A stretch of 64,000 nt of DNA from Lama guanicoe (Eukaryota), in assembly GCA_013239625.1 (NCBI GenBank), contig MU053561.1:1845818-1909817 (forward strand), in the 5' to 3' direction. Below the pieces are notes generated by a model. The model was not told where the DNA came from, ran no database searches, and worked only from the letters and a program-made list of their open reading frames with translations. Shown here in pieces: positions 1-13,700 of the stretch; position 1 is the stretch's first letter; each line of letters starts with the position of its first letter. Both the position numbers and the translations under genes were made by a program.

Positions 1-330
1 CCCGGGCACTAGGGACAGTGGTGCGTAGCCCCCTGGGGAGGTGCGCGCCCTGGGGTGCAGGGAAAATAGGGCGGCCGGGAGCTCTGCGGGTTATAGCCCC
101 AGAGTCGGAGTCTGTGTGGTCGCCCGTGTGGACTGGACGTCCCACGGACCGAGACCCGCTCGAATCAGGGCTGGATGGGCGCTGAGCCCAGGATGCTGAG
201 TTGTCTGGATCCCCGCAGTCCCTGGAGTGACATTGCTCTGGCTTTCTGTTTCCGCTCCTTGAAAGCTTGAGGGGGAAGTGACCAGGGCTGACTCCTCGCT
301 TGGTAATTGAGGTTTTAGGTGCTTTGTCAC
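1..330 (+). promoter_or_regulatory. GDAP2: CpG-rich 5' end of GDAP2 (edge of CpG island; non-coding exon 1 / start of intron 1)
   Basis: GC- and CpG-dense against an AT-rich background, about 7.2 kb upstream of the ATG exon. Candidate exon-1 donors are GAG|GTGCGC at 40/41 (followed by G-runs) and TTG|GTAATT at 302/303. The TSS probably lies at or before the window edge. In human, GDAP2 is head-to-head with WDR3, which is not visible here. Confidence 0.65.
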
Positions 331-3300
331 CAAGCGGGAATTGGCTTTTCTCTCTTGCAGTTCCGTCTGATTTTATTCTTGGGCTGCACAGAAGTGTTCA
401 GAAATGAGTTCTGATGTGTGTAGCTGGAAAATTAAAGTTAACGTATAGGTATATAAAAGAAATAAGACCTTGCCTCCACTTTTTGTACAAGGTATCTGCA
501 GTCAACCTAGCAATTAGACATTATCTGATTTTTTTTCAGACATTTCTCAGACATTCCTTGAATTTTTAAGACATGTTCAGCTAGTCTTCCATAGTCAAGA
601 AAATTGCAATAGTAGAGAATGGATACAATCAGACTGTGAATAGATGTAGCAGTGTAAGTGTTTTGAAACAAGATTACTGTGGGTTGGATGAATGAGAAAG
701 GAGGAAATTGTGGCAACCAATTTATTTCAGTAAATCTGATGAGGAAGGGCGCATTTAAGTGTGTATGGTTAATACCGCCTATAGATGATGTGCATTATTA
801 TATATATGAAAAATGTGTGTATATGAGGGGAAAATGTGTGCTTCAGTAGAAAACTTTAGATTCCATTTTGACAACACCCCTTGGATTATCTGAGTCTAAG
901 GAATGTACATAGCTGTGTAAACTGTAGATAACTAATATTAATATTGAATAATTTTGTCCATAGACATGAAAATTCTGTTCTCTTAGAGGCTCCGTGGAAG
1001 TTTTGCCTCATGTCCATTTATTTCGACATTCCTGGTTAATGTATATGATCTTGGGACTCCCTTTATCTACTATCTGGCTGATTCCTTTGTGAGTTAATTA
1101 AAATCTTAAACCATGTTCATTTTTGCATTTGAACGAGTCATGATTTTACCTTTTTAAGAAAAAATAATTTAACATTATTAAATAAGGGGAGGGATAAAGA
1201 CAGATGGAAAAATAATTTTAGTAAAAGTTGCTGTAAGAGCAGCTGTGGTTGAGTGCTAAGATAATGCGTCATAGAGTGTGTCTGTAGTTTCTTAAGTTTC
1301 AAATTGCTCAATGTATTAATATTATAACTGAAACATAGTAAAGTTATTTTAATATTGAAGGTGATACTACTAAGTCATCATTAGAGCATGTGCATGGATG
1401 TTTTTGAATGATGGTGTTAAATGACCTGAGACATGACCTAGCTTAGAAATCTTTTTGTTATACTGTATTTATTGTTCACATATTTGACAGCTTCAGTTTT
1501 TCCATCTAAGAAGGTTTCTTTAAAAAAAAAAGTCATTCTTTATTTGCATAGAGTGATTCTTAAGTATAATAGATTTGGTGTTGGGATAGGGATATTGTGC
1601 AGAAATATCTAATTTATCTTAAAGTTTTAAAAATACACAGACATAAAGGATGGTGAACCTATAATTTATAGAAAAGCAGTGACATAGAGCTGGTAATTAA
1701 TGGAGGTCAGAAACATGGACCAACTCTATACTTTTATGCAGGCCTGTCTAATCAGTGTAAGCACTTTGAAGTACAAGTAGACAGATTTAAAGTTCTTATT
1801 TTTCTCTTTTAAATGATATCATTTTCTCTTTATTCAGACAAAAATGATTTTATGGCTAAGGAAGTAGATCTGATCGATTCTGGATTCTTCTGTTTGTTCC
1901 ATGTAAACTTTTGGATCCTGGGACGTAAATGCCTTGTTTCAGGAGACTTTTTTTTACTAAGGTTTTGTGTCTGTTTATGAACCTGTTCAAAATACAAAAC
2001 TGATCTATTGATTTGCAGTGGAAAGTGCTGCTTCTCTTTAATGTTATCCAAAATTCTGGCTGTAGCTTAGATTGCTGTTGCCTTCCCTCAGCTGAGCACT
2101 GTGCATTCTTTCCATCACCAGGATTCTTAATCTGAGTCTGGGAATCCTCTCAGATTTATTTCCAGATCTGTGCTTGTTTGAGCTCATGTGCTCACAGTTT
2201 GGGTAGTAAAAGGGTTTTTAGCTTTCATCTAATTCTCAAAGAGGTCTGTGACCCCAAGAATGCTAAGAACCACTGTTTCTTAAGGATCAGGAATCAGATT
2301 TTCCTGCTGAACTTGGCTTTGCTGCTCCATTTGCTTTATTGCCAAGGTGTTTGTGTTGGGGAAGAGGGAGATTTAAATCTCTTTTTGGTGAGAAAAATAC
2401 ATTTCTTTTAGAGATGGAGCTGGAAAAGAATTCACCTTTCGTTCAGTGCCTTGGCACTTTCGTATAATGCCATTAAACCTTGCCCTACAGTAATCTCTCA
2501 ATATTACTTGTTACTTGATTTAACATCCAGTTGTCTTGTGAGTCACAGTGACTTTTAAGATCTGGGCAGGAGATCCAACAAACTATACTGACAAGATATG
2601 ATTAGAGATAAAGGAGAACCAGCAGAGTATGCTGTCCAAGAAGGTAATAGAATTTCAGGGAGGGAGTAATCAATAGTAGATGCAGCTAAAATTTGATTAC
2701 CTCCTGGCTAAGCAGTTTTAGTATTGTTATAGAGATGGAAGCAAAACTGCAGTGGGTTGAATAAACAGAGGAAAAGGAAGTAGAGTTGGCAAACAGATTA
2801 CTCTTAGAAAGTTGCATGGTGGAAAGAGGAGTTTAGTTGTTACTCTGAAAAAGAAATGGGATAGGAAAAAATTTTGAGAATAGGAGACGGGAGAAGGAGA
2901 GATCAGATGTGAAGGGAGCATTGATGTTAATACATTCTCCTAGAGGAGAGCTAGTCAGGTGCAGTAAAATGCTTAAATGAAGGTGAGTGGGCAGGCTTAA
3001 AAGGATGGTTTATACCCTAAAATCACTTAGAAGTTGGAAAGATTGAGTGAAGATTGAGAAATTTTGAGTTGGAGAGAAGTTAAGTTGAACTATGACTTCT
3101 CTTAGAGCATCAGGAAAAGAAGGGAGGCAGTGTGATACGATGTAATGGAAATGACATGGATTTTGATGCCAGCTGGTCTTCCATTTGGATCTCAAGTTAC
3201 CACTTACTAGTTCTGTTACCTTGAGCTGATAGCTGAACATCTTGGTCTTGCTGCCCTCCCTCACGGTGAAATAAGAGTCTTAATACCTACTTTGTGGGAT

Positions 3301-3669
3301 TGCTGTAAGGGTTAGAAAGCACATTGGTAACATATCTAATCCCCTGTGGTTCACTGACCGTTCCACGGTGGCCCTATTTTGTTCCTTTAGTGTTTTAGGT
3401 TCTTTCCTACCTTAAGACGCCCCAGTGTACCCTTTCTGCTGTCTGTAAAACTCTTCTGCTACTTTTGGTCTCAAGTCTCACTTTCAGGATAGGACATTCC
3501 CTGTTTCTCCAGTCCCTGCTGCTTCTTCACTGTAGCACACTTAATCATAGATTTGAACTATGTGTTTATTTCTGTGATTATATTTCTGTGATTTTTGTGG
3601 GGCTGTTTCTTCCATTAGACAGGCTCAGCACTTAACAATGCTTGAATGAATGAATGCCTGGGACATAAT

Positions 3670-4120
3670 AGGCAAACAAGCATTTATTAACCTCACAGTT
3701 TCGAAGGGTCAGGAATTCAAAACTTGCTTATTCATGGGGTTCTGGCTCAGGGTTTCTCGTGAGGTTGCAGTCAAGATGTCAGCTGGCACTGGAGGATCCG
3801 GGGTGAGTGAGTCACATGCCTGATAGGTGTTGCTGGTTGTTGGCAGAAACTCTCAATTTCTCCCCATAGGGGCCTTTCCGTCGGCTACTTGAGTGTCCCC
3901 AGTCGTGGGAGCAAACTTCCCCAGAACAAGCAGTCCAAGAGAGCACTGCAGAAGCCACAGCATCTTTTACAATCCATTGTTGGAAGTCACCCAGTGTGAT
4001 TTCTGCAATGTCCAGTTGGGTACACAGGCTAGCCTTATTCATTATGGGAGGCATTTACACAAGGGATTCATATCAGGAGGCAGGTTTCAATGAAGGACAT
4101 CTTGGAAGATGTCTATCACA
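3670..4120 (-). mobile_element. MaLR solo LTR (MLT1-like)
   Basis: Characteristic MLT1 reverse-strand text: catttattaacctcacagtt...gggtcaggaattc...gaggttgcagtcaagatgtcagctgg, ending ctatcaca. Confidence 0.7.
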
Positions 4121-5599
4121 GATGCTCTGTGGAATAGCATAGAGAGTCATCCAAAATGACTCAAACAATTTCCCAATAGTGTTGACGGAGGGCCCAGTTC
4201 ACATAGGAAAACATGCATTTGTATTGACAGCAGGTAGGATCATTTCTGACTTTCTTTTTTCTAAAGACATAGGAGGGGAATCAGAAAACAGATGTTGGGT
4301 TGATCTAAGTGTTAGGGATTAATAAGTCATTACAAGGGTTGACACTGAAGTAAATAAGAGTGTATCTTAATTCAGCAATTTGTGTTTGGTTTATTAGAGA
4401 GTCTGACAGCGAGTGTTTTGGTCTTTGCAAAGTGAAGATGTATCTATCTCAGCACTGGTGTGACTTTCACATTGGGTCTGAGAAAGTTATAACACCTAAC
4501 TTTTATTGTGCCGTGTTTTGTGCCAGGTGTTTTGCTGTGCAATTTTAATACAGATTATCTCATTTAATCCTAACAATAACCCTAGGAGTGTATTACTCCT
4601 ATTGTAGAAATAAGAAAACCCTAGTTTAGAGTCAAGGATAATATAACTGTTAGGTGGTGGGTCCTAGACCCAGACTTAGGCCTTCTGATAACAGAACCCA
4701 AGTTTTTACTTTGTACTGCCTGCTTCTGCCTCACAGTGTAATTGCATGTGGAAATATTTACCTTAAAATGCTGAAGAAACTGGATTCAAAATTGTACATA
4801 TTTTATGATTTTACCTATCACAGAAAAAGGTAGGAACTGTATCAAATCTTGAAAGTTTTTTCCCCCTCTTACTTTTTGGTATTTTTCAAATACTCTGTGA
4901 GTATTCCGTAGAGTTACAGAGAAAAATTATTTTAGAGAAGTAATTTTGTCCTGAAATTTGACAGTTTGCAAAATGAAAACTGTTTTCAATGGAATTTTTT
5001 TGGTATTATGTTTAAGAAATTTCAACATGAGTCATTGTTGCCAAAAATCTGTGGCTAATTTTTTGAAATTATGAATTTCTGCAAGATGTAATTCCATTGA
5101 GCTTGAAGCAGTTCAACGATGGAAAATTCGCGTAGTCTCCATTTGTCCTCTACTCAGCTTGTCCAGTTCTTGTCTGAGTACTTGTAAACAGATCAACAGA
5201 ACTTGTGATTGCCTCCAGTTTCAAAAGCCAATTGGAGGGACTAAACACCAACTTCTAGATAAAATTGGTCTCTTTATTTCAAAATAATATCAAAGGAATA
5301 CTTAGTATCAAAGAATAATACTCTGGTATAATTTTATCATGGTATAATCTACAAGGACTTTCTGAAATTGTTATTTGAAATGAGCACATTTCCTACCACA
5401 CAGTGTTGGTACAAGGATGAAAATATTGTGTCAAATCCATGGTTCATTCCAGTTAGCATCCTATGTCTCTCCATAAGAAACACCAAGAAATCAGGTGTAG
5501 AAGGATATGCTTGTTTTCCTTAACTCTGAATGGCAAACATTAGGATCACACAGAAAAACTTTTCAAGGAGTTCACACACCAGCTGTCATTCCCTGATCA

Positions 5600-6773
5600 T
5601 CTGCTCTCATGTATGTTCATTGTTACCAGCGACCTCCAACTTACCAAACCCACTAATCAGTTCTTAGTCCTGTTATTCAACCGTTCAGTAGCATTTAACA
5701 CTAGATGATCCTACTTGAGCATCCTGTCTTAAATTATTTTCTTCATTTGGCTTTTAGGCTGTCCAGATGTTCCTGCTCTTCCTTCCATTCTTATCAATCC
5801 TTCTCCGTCTCATTTTTTGACTTTCTCTCTTTCCAGCCTCTAAATTTTGCCCTAGGACTCAGCCCTTGGATCTCTTATACATTTGCATTTTCTCTCTTGG
5901 TGGTCTTGTCCAGTTCCCATAGCCTTAAATACCACCCATATGCTGAGACTTTCAAATTTCTATCTTTAGCCTGACCTCTCCTCTGAGCTCTAGCATCAGG
6001 TAGCCAACTGTATGTTTAACATAAATACTTGGGCATGTATTGGGCACTTCAAACCTAACACATGCAAAAACAAATAAGGGAAAAAGTGCCTTGGTTATGA
6101 CTCCACCCCGCAACCTACTCCAGTCTTCCCCTTCCCTGTAAATAGCATTTCCATCTGTTCAGTTGCTCAAGCAGAAAGTCTATCTTTAATTCTGTTCTTT
6201 CCTTTCACCCATCGTGTTCATTTAGAAAATCTTGTTGACCCTACCGTCAAAATTCATTTTGTTCCCTACCCATTTCTCACTGCCTTCATCACCATCACCT
6301 AGATTACTGCAATTGTTTTCTACTAGTCTCTGCTTTTATTCTTGCCCCTACTCAATTTCACTGTAGCTAGAGTAATCTTTGTATTATTAAGTCATGATCT
6401 TTATCAGGATCCTCTAACAGCTTCCCCTCATTTACATTAAGATCTGAACAACTAGTCATGGCTTACAGACTGGATCATCTGGCCTTTCCCTCGCTTACCA
6501 ACCTCATTACCTGCTACTCATTACGTGGCTCATGCTACTCTAACGAAACCAACCTCCCCGCACTTCCTGGAATAGACCAAGTTCCTCCCTGCCCTTTTGG
6601 CCTTTGCTTTTGCTGTCTCCTCTGCCTGAACCACCCTCCAGAGCTTTATGTGACTTGCTTTCTCACTTTATTTAGCTCTCTACTCAAATATTATCTTTTT
6701 CTTGTATCCCCAGTGACTGAAACAATACCTGACACATAATAGATGCTTACAAAGATTTACTGAATGAATGAAT
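5600..6773 (+). mobile_element. L2 LINE 3' fragment
   Basis: Pyrimidine-rich L2-type motifs (ctctcctctgagctctag, cacctagattactgcaat), terminating in the L2 tail tgaatgaatgaat. Confidence 0.75.
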
Positions 6774-7548
6774 CTACCATTTTACTGAAACAGCTGTCTG
6801 ACTTATTGACAAATGAAGTATCCTTTTCTCATGTTAATTTTCTGATTAACTCTCTGTAGTACTTGATGCTATGTGTCTTCTTATCACCCTTCTCATGTCT
6901 CCGTTTCTGTACAACCAACCTCCTACCACATCAGTGTCTCTTACACTATGTTCTATAAGTTGTCAAAGCCTGTTAATTCTTCGTTTGTATATGGCGTCTC
7001 AAATCTGTGCCTTCTTCTCCATATGTTTCTCTACGTAGTTCAAACCTTTGTTATCTCATACTACCTGATTGCACTAACCTCCCTGCTTTTCACCCTCCAT
7101 ATTATCATCAGACTGAACTCTCTAAGTTGCATGTATTATTTATCTTTGTATTTCCTGCAGCACCTAACACTCCCCCTCCAATAGCAGATTCTCAATGAAT
7201 GTTTAATGAATAGTCCTGTGTTTCTTGGTAGGCCATGTGATTGTGTACATGGATGTAACTCTTCGAAAAGAATTTGTGCTCAAATAATCCCCCTTTCTTC
7301 CTGTTTTAAAAAAGCTGTAGTACTTCTTTGTTGTATACTGATTTTTTTAATGGACTATTTAAGTGACTACAGTCACACAATGTACTGTTGGAGCATTTCA
7401 CAGTAGAGTTTTGTTTTTTGCTCTAATAGAAGTAATGTAGTATCTGTGCTTCTCTATTAAAATGATTATTTTCTCTTAAGCTAAAGTCTCCAGTGTGTAT
7501 TGAATTGCTGAGGAATTTGGGGAAAAAACAAGCTGAAGTTCCCGTTCC

Positions 7549-7724
7549 ATGGATCCGTTGGGTGCACCTTCCCAGTTTGTGGATGTGGATACGCTACCAA
7601 GCTGGGGCAACTCGTGTGAAGATCAGTTAAATGCTTCTGATTCTGCAGCTGAAACATATCAGGAAGAGACTCTTAGATCACCTTTTCTTTATAATAAGGA
7701 TATCAGTGGAAAAGTGGTTCTTTG
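7549..7724 (+). CDS. GDAP2: GDAP2 exon 2 coding part (exon probably starts at 7481)
   Basis: Acceptor ttctcttaag|7481; ATG 7549; [10 protein letters not shown]...KDISGKVVL(W); donor TG|gtaatt; 176 nt. Confidence 0.95.
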
Positions 7725-10700
7725 GTAATTCTTTGTTTAAATCATGTCATATGATAATGCTTTCTCATAATTTCTTCTAAGTTCTTTCTTTTATAATTTA
7801 TTCTAAACTTTTTTTGTAAACCCTAGCATTATTGAACTATTCCTTCGCATTTACATAATAAAGCTTTATGAAGGTATAATTGACAAACAATAAACTGCAC
7901 ATATTTAAAGTGTACAGTTTGGTAAATTTTGACATGTTTACACCCATGAACCCATCACCAGAATCAAGACAGTGGATATATTTATCACCCCAAAAGTTTT
8001 TGTGTGTCCCTTTGTAATCCCTCTCTCCTGCCCCTTCCTGCCTCCACATCCCCAAGCACCTGTTGACCTTTCTGTCACTGTAGATTAGTTTGCATTTTCT
8101 GGAGTTTTATATAAATGGGATCGTGTACTCTTTTTAGTCTGGCTTCTTTCATTCAGCGTAATTATTTGAAAGTTCATCTATGTTGTTGCATGTATTAGTA
8201 GTAGTAAATTTCTTTTTTAACAAAAGATTTATTGAGATATAATTCATATACCACACAATTCTCCAGTCTAAATTGTACAAGTCAGTGGTTTTTAGCATAT
8301 TCACAAAGTTGTGTAACCATCGCTATGGTCAGTTTTACACTTTCATCAACCCAAGTCCTGTACCCGTCAGCTGTCACTCCCCACCTCACACCCATGTTTT
8401 ATGAAAGAAGCAAAGGAATGATATGATAATTTTGTGAGTTTCAGGATTAGAGCACTTGCATTCAAGATCCATCTGAGATGCCATATTAGTCTTTCGGAAT
8501 AAGGAACAACTTTTTTTTAGTATTGCTTAAGCTTGTGAGCTAGCAAACCAATATTGTGCAGGGAGTGAAGATGGAATGTTTTGGAAGAGTTCAAAACTAG
8601 CTTTCTTGCCTCCCTCCTCTTCCTCACACTTGCTCTGATTTACTTACTGTTTTCCCAGGAAAGGAGATGTGGCGTTGCTGAACTGTACAGCTATTGTGAA
8701 TACCAGCAATGAAAGTCTTACAGATAAGAATCCCGTGTCAGACAGTATCTTCATGCTTGCAGGGCCCGATTTGAAGGAGGACCTTCAGAAACTTAGAGGT
8801 GAGTGAATTTTTTTAGGTATGTTGTTGCTTAGGAAACGTTTATTTTGATGTTTGAAGAAGTGTGTTTGGCATTTAAGTGAGAAAACTAAGCAGATGTAGC
8901 TGTTTTGTTGTTTAAACTAAATTAAAACAGCCTTTGAAAAGCCCACAAAATGTTAGAAGCTGAACACTGAGACTTTACTCAGCAAAACTCCTCTATCGTG
9001 TCCCTGGATTTTAACATAGCAATCATCGTAGTCAGGTAGAACTTTGGTAGCATTTTCTTGGCTGTATATTGTCTTGCACTGATAAGCCTTATAAAACAAC
9101 TATTCTTTGTCTAAACTGAAACATTTTTATTGTGCTTTGATATTGATAGAGAATTTTTTGTATACCCCCTGGACATAGAGTGTTGTACTTCTGAAACTGA
9201 CTTATTGACAAAACCAAAGTGCATTGTAAGAGCAAACACATTCTGGGTTTGTATTGTGCTTGCTGCTTTTTTTTTTTTTTAACCAGGGCATTCTTCTTTA
9301 GGGAATATTTATTTGAAATTGGAGACAGGAGGGGTTCTGTTTGTTCAGAATCTTGTTTACCTCATTTGCATTCATTTTCTTAAATTACAATCCTGGCAAC
9401 CTTTTGTTACCCTTATTTGGGTGTGAAGGGAATATTGTGAAGTTCAATCATCCTGTTTTATAAAAAGTATTTATGAAATACAGCAGTTTTTATTAAAATG
9501 TAATTAGCAAATCCCACCTATATAAAATTCATTTCTCAGAACTTCCACCATTTAACACTGATAGTTGGTTTTTAACCTAGTAAAGATACTAGAATTTGAA
9601 CAGGAATATTTATAATGCTGAATCCATGAAAGAAGGGACAGACAGAGAAGAACTGTATTTTCTGATCCAGAAACTGAACTTTGACTGTGATGGCAAAAGT
9701 GGGAAGAAGCCCTCAATAAAAACATGATGCCATGAAGAACATGTGGAAATTAGAAAATGTATTAGAGATAATACTAGGAAGTTCTTGGATAAAAGTAACA
9801 GAGAAACTGGTCCAGAAAAATTCCTAATGGCTTCTGTGTGTGTGTGTTTGCGTGTATTCTCACTTATACTTTAGATCCGTACTTATGGATTTAAAAAAAA
9901 TAATAATAAAAATTCACACATACAAAATAAAAACTCAATTTTTAATGGCAAATATTTGAGAGTCTCCAGGCTGGGGCTCATATTATAACTCTGTCCTTTA
10001 CTAACTTAAGTGTGACTTAAGACCAGTTACTTCACCTCTGAGCCTGAGTTTCCGTGTCTCTGAAATGAGGATGGTGGTAATAGTTCCTACCTCATTTGCT
10101 GACACATAACAGGAACTCAGTGAGTATTTGGAGATGAAAAAAATTGATATCGTGAAGACTAAATTCAACAATGGACGTTAAGTGCTAGGCATTTCCTCAG
10201 AGTTCAATGTTATTGCTGGTGCTAGTTAGCTGCTGGCCTCAGTTTTGTTGTTTAATGAATCAGTGTCAGCCTGAAGAGAAATTATTAATGATGCACTGAA
10301 GAGCTGAATACTTAATTCTATCCCCTTGATTACATTTTTAATAGCAGCTTAATAAATGATTATGAAGTATGACTTACTAAAATTGTAAAAAGCAGGGAGG
10401 AGTAACAGGACACATTGGATGATAGAATAAAGATTTTTAATATCTGAACTGACTGGAAGTATGAGCCAAAAAGTGAAAAAGTTGTCAGGGATAAATATAA
10501 AGTCTTGCAGTAAGTTTAAAACATTAATTACCCAAATTCAGGATGGGGAAGCCCAGTTTGACAACTCTGCTTATGTAAGAAAGTATTTGCTATCTCCGTA
10601 AAATGGTATTGTCACTTACTCCATTTTTCATGCAAAAAACTGTAGGGTTAACACTTCCCTCTTCCTTATCCCCGACACAAAGTCTGTCATCATTCCCTCA

Positions 10701-13700
10701 ATATATCTTGAATCTGTATCACCATTGCCTCCAACCTAGGCTGTGTGCTGTCAGCCCCTGCCTGGACTACAGCCATTGCCTCCCTCCTGACTGGTCTCCC
10801 TACATCCATTCTTTTCTTGTATCTATTTTCCACACACAGTAAGCATTTGCTTTTTAAATTATAAACCCCTTCTTATTGCTCCCCTACTTCAAACCATTTA
10901 GTGGACTCCCATTACACCTACAATAAAATTGTAACTCCTTAAACTGAGTCTGCAGGTGTTTTGCCTTCCTCACGTACTTAAACCAAAGTGACCTCTCATT
11001 GCCTTGTCATCCCGCTTGTTTTCAGTTTTGTATGTGCTGTTACATTTCCAGTTCTCAACTCTTACTCTTAAGTCTTTGCTTACATCTCTTGCTCAAAATA
11101 CTGTTTCCTTTTATTTCAGAATTGAGCAGTCTCCCCGTGGTATATGCTTCCAGCCTGTAGTACTTCTCTTTTGTGCTCTTAACACAATTACAATTTTGTT
11201 AATTTTTTATGTAATGATTATTATGTCCCCATTAAACTTTGAACTCCATGAGGACAGGAACTATGTGTCTTATTGGCCTCCATGTGCCCAGTACCAAGAA
11301 CAGTGAAGTCTTCCTTTTAGTAGTTGATAAATGAATGACTAGAAGTTCCCTGGGATTTTAATTGACTTGACTCAGGGTGATAATGCATTATTTTTACTGA
11401 AAATACTAATGGTATCAAATTGCATCTTTACATAGCATCACAAATGAAGTTTTTTTTTTAATCAGCTTAAAACATTTTACAGGTCTAACAGTTTATTTTA
11501 TGTAAGCCTCATGGTAACCCCAAAGGAAAAACCTATAATAGATATACAAAAGATAAAGAGAAAGAAATTAAAGCATATCAGTAATAAATAAATAAATAAA
11601 TAAAGTAGGACAGGAGGACAGGAATAAAGGATGAAGGACTAAAAAAACTCTCAGAAAACAGTTTAACAGAATGGCATTGGAAAAACCTTACCTATCAATT
11701 ATTATTTTAAATGCAAAGGACTAAATTCTCCTATTAAAGGGCACAGAGTGGCTGAAAGATAAAAAAAAGAAAAAGAAAAAAACCCAAGATCCAACACTAT
11801 GCTGCTTATAAGAGACTCACTTTACCTGTAATGACACGTATAGGCTGAAGGTGAAGGGATAAAACAAGATATTCCATGAAAATGGGAGCCAGAAGAAAGT
11901 AGAAGTGGCTATAATTACATTAGATAAAATAGACTTTCAGTCCGGATTGGTCACAAGAGATGGAGGTCACTATATGGCAGTAAAGGGGCCAATTTGTCAA
12001 GAGGCTGTAACAATTGTAAATATATATACATCCAACATGGGAGCACCTAAGTATTTAAGGCAATTATTAATAGAACTGAATGGAGAAATAGACAAAATGC
12101 AGTAATAGTTAGGGACCTCAGTAACCCACTTTAAACATTAGATAGATCATTCAGGTGGAAAATTAATAAGGAAATAGCAGGCCTGAGTAACGCTGTAGTC
12201 CAAATGAACTCACAGAATATTCCATCCAGCAGCACCAGAATATACATACAGTTTTCTCAGGCATGCTTGGAACGTTCTCCCGGATAAATCATGTATTGGT
12301 CCACAAGGAAAATCTTATCAAATTTTAGAAGACTGAAATAATATCAGATATCTTTTCTGATCACAGTGGTGTGAAACTAGAAGTCAGTAACAGAGAGAAA
12401 GTGAAAATACTTACAAATATGTGGAAATTAAACAACATGCTCCTGAACAACCATTGAGTCAAGGAAGTAATCAAAAGGGAAATCAGAAATTATCTTGAGA
12501 CAAATGTAAAGAAAGATACAACATGCCAAAACTTATGGGATGCAAAAAAAAAAAATTCTAAGAGAAATTTATAGCTGTAAATACCTACATTAAGAGAAAA
12601 GAAAGATCTCAAACAATCTAATTTTTAAACTTCAATGAATTAGAAAAAAGAGCAATGTAAGCCTATAGTTAGCAGAGGGAAGGAAATAACAAAGGTTAGA
12701 GCAAAAATGAAAGAAACAGACTAGAAAGACAATTAGAAAAAAGTGAGAAAAAGGAGGACTCAATATTCTAAATGAAAGTGGAGATATTACAGCTAACACT
12801 GTAGAAAGACAAAGGATCGTAAGAGACTACTGTGAACAATTATATCCAACATATTGGATGACCTAGAAGAAATAGATAACTTCCAGCAAACATGCAACCT
12901 ACTGAACCTATTCAAGACTGAATCATGAAGAAACAAAGTCTGAACAGAACAAAAGGAGTAAGGAGATTGAATCAGTAGTCAAAAACCTCCCAACAGAGGT
13001 AAGCCCAGGATCTGATGGCTTCCTTGGTGAATTCTGCATACATATAGAGAAGAATTAATACCAGTTCTTCTCAAACTCTGTCAAGAAATTGAAGAGGAGT
13101 GAACATTTCCAAACTAATTTTACAAGGCCAGCATTATCCTGATACCAGAGCCAGATAAGGACACTACAAGAAAAGAAAAATATAGGCCTATATCCCTGAT
13201 GAATGTAGATGCAAAAATTCTCAACAGAGTAGTAGTAAACCAAATTCAACAGCACATTAAAGGGATCACACACTGTGATCAGGTGGGATTTATCATTGGG
13301 GTATAAGGAGCTCAACATATGCATCAATAAATATGATAAACCACATTAATAGAATGAAGAATGAAAATTATATAATCCTCTCAATAGATGTAGAAAAAGC
13401 ATTTGACAAAATTCAACCCATTTTTCACAGTAAAAACTCAATATATTTGGTACAGATGGAACATACTTCAACATCGCTAGAGCAGTTAGGCAAGAAAATG
13501 AAATAAAATCCATCCAAATCAGAAAAGTAAAATTCTTAGTTTGCAGATGATTGATCTTACATAGAAAAAAATGTCTTTGAAGACGCCATCAAAAATCTGT
13601 TAGAACTAATCAACAAGTCTGGTAAAGTTGCAGGATACAAAACCGACGTGGAAAAATCAGTTGCATTTCTGTACAGTAACAGTGAACTACCTGAAAATGA

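Noticed and set aside
6818..6826. GTATCCTTT, a U12-type donor consensus in intron 1
   Set aside because: No supported exon lies upstream, the possible branch site near 7472 is a poor match, and one such 9-mer is plausible by chance. All coding introns have U2-type donors.
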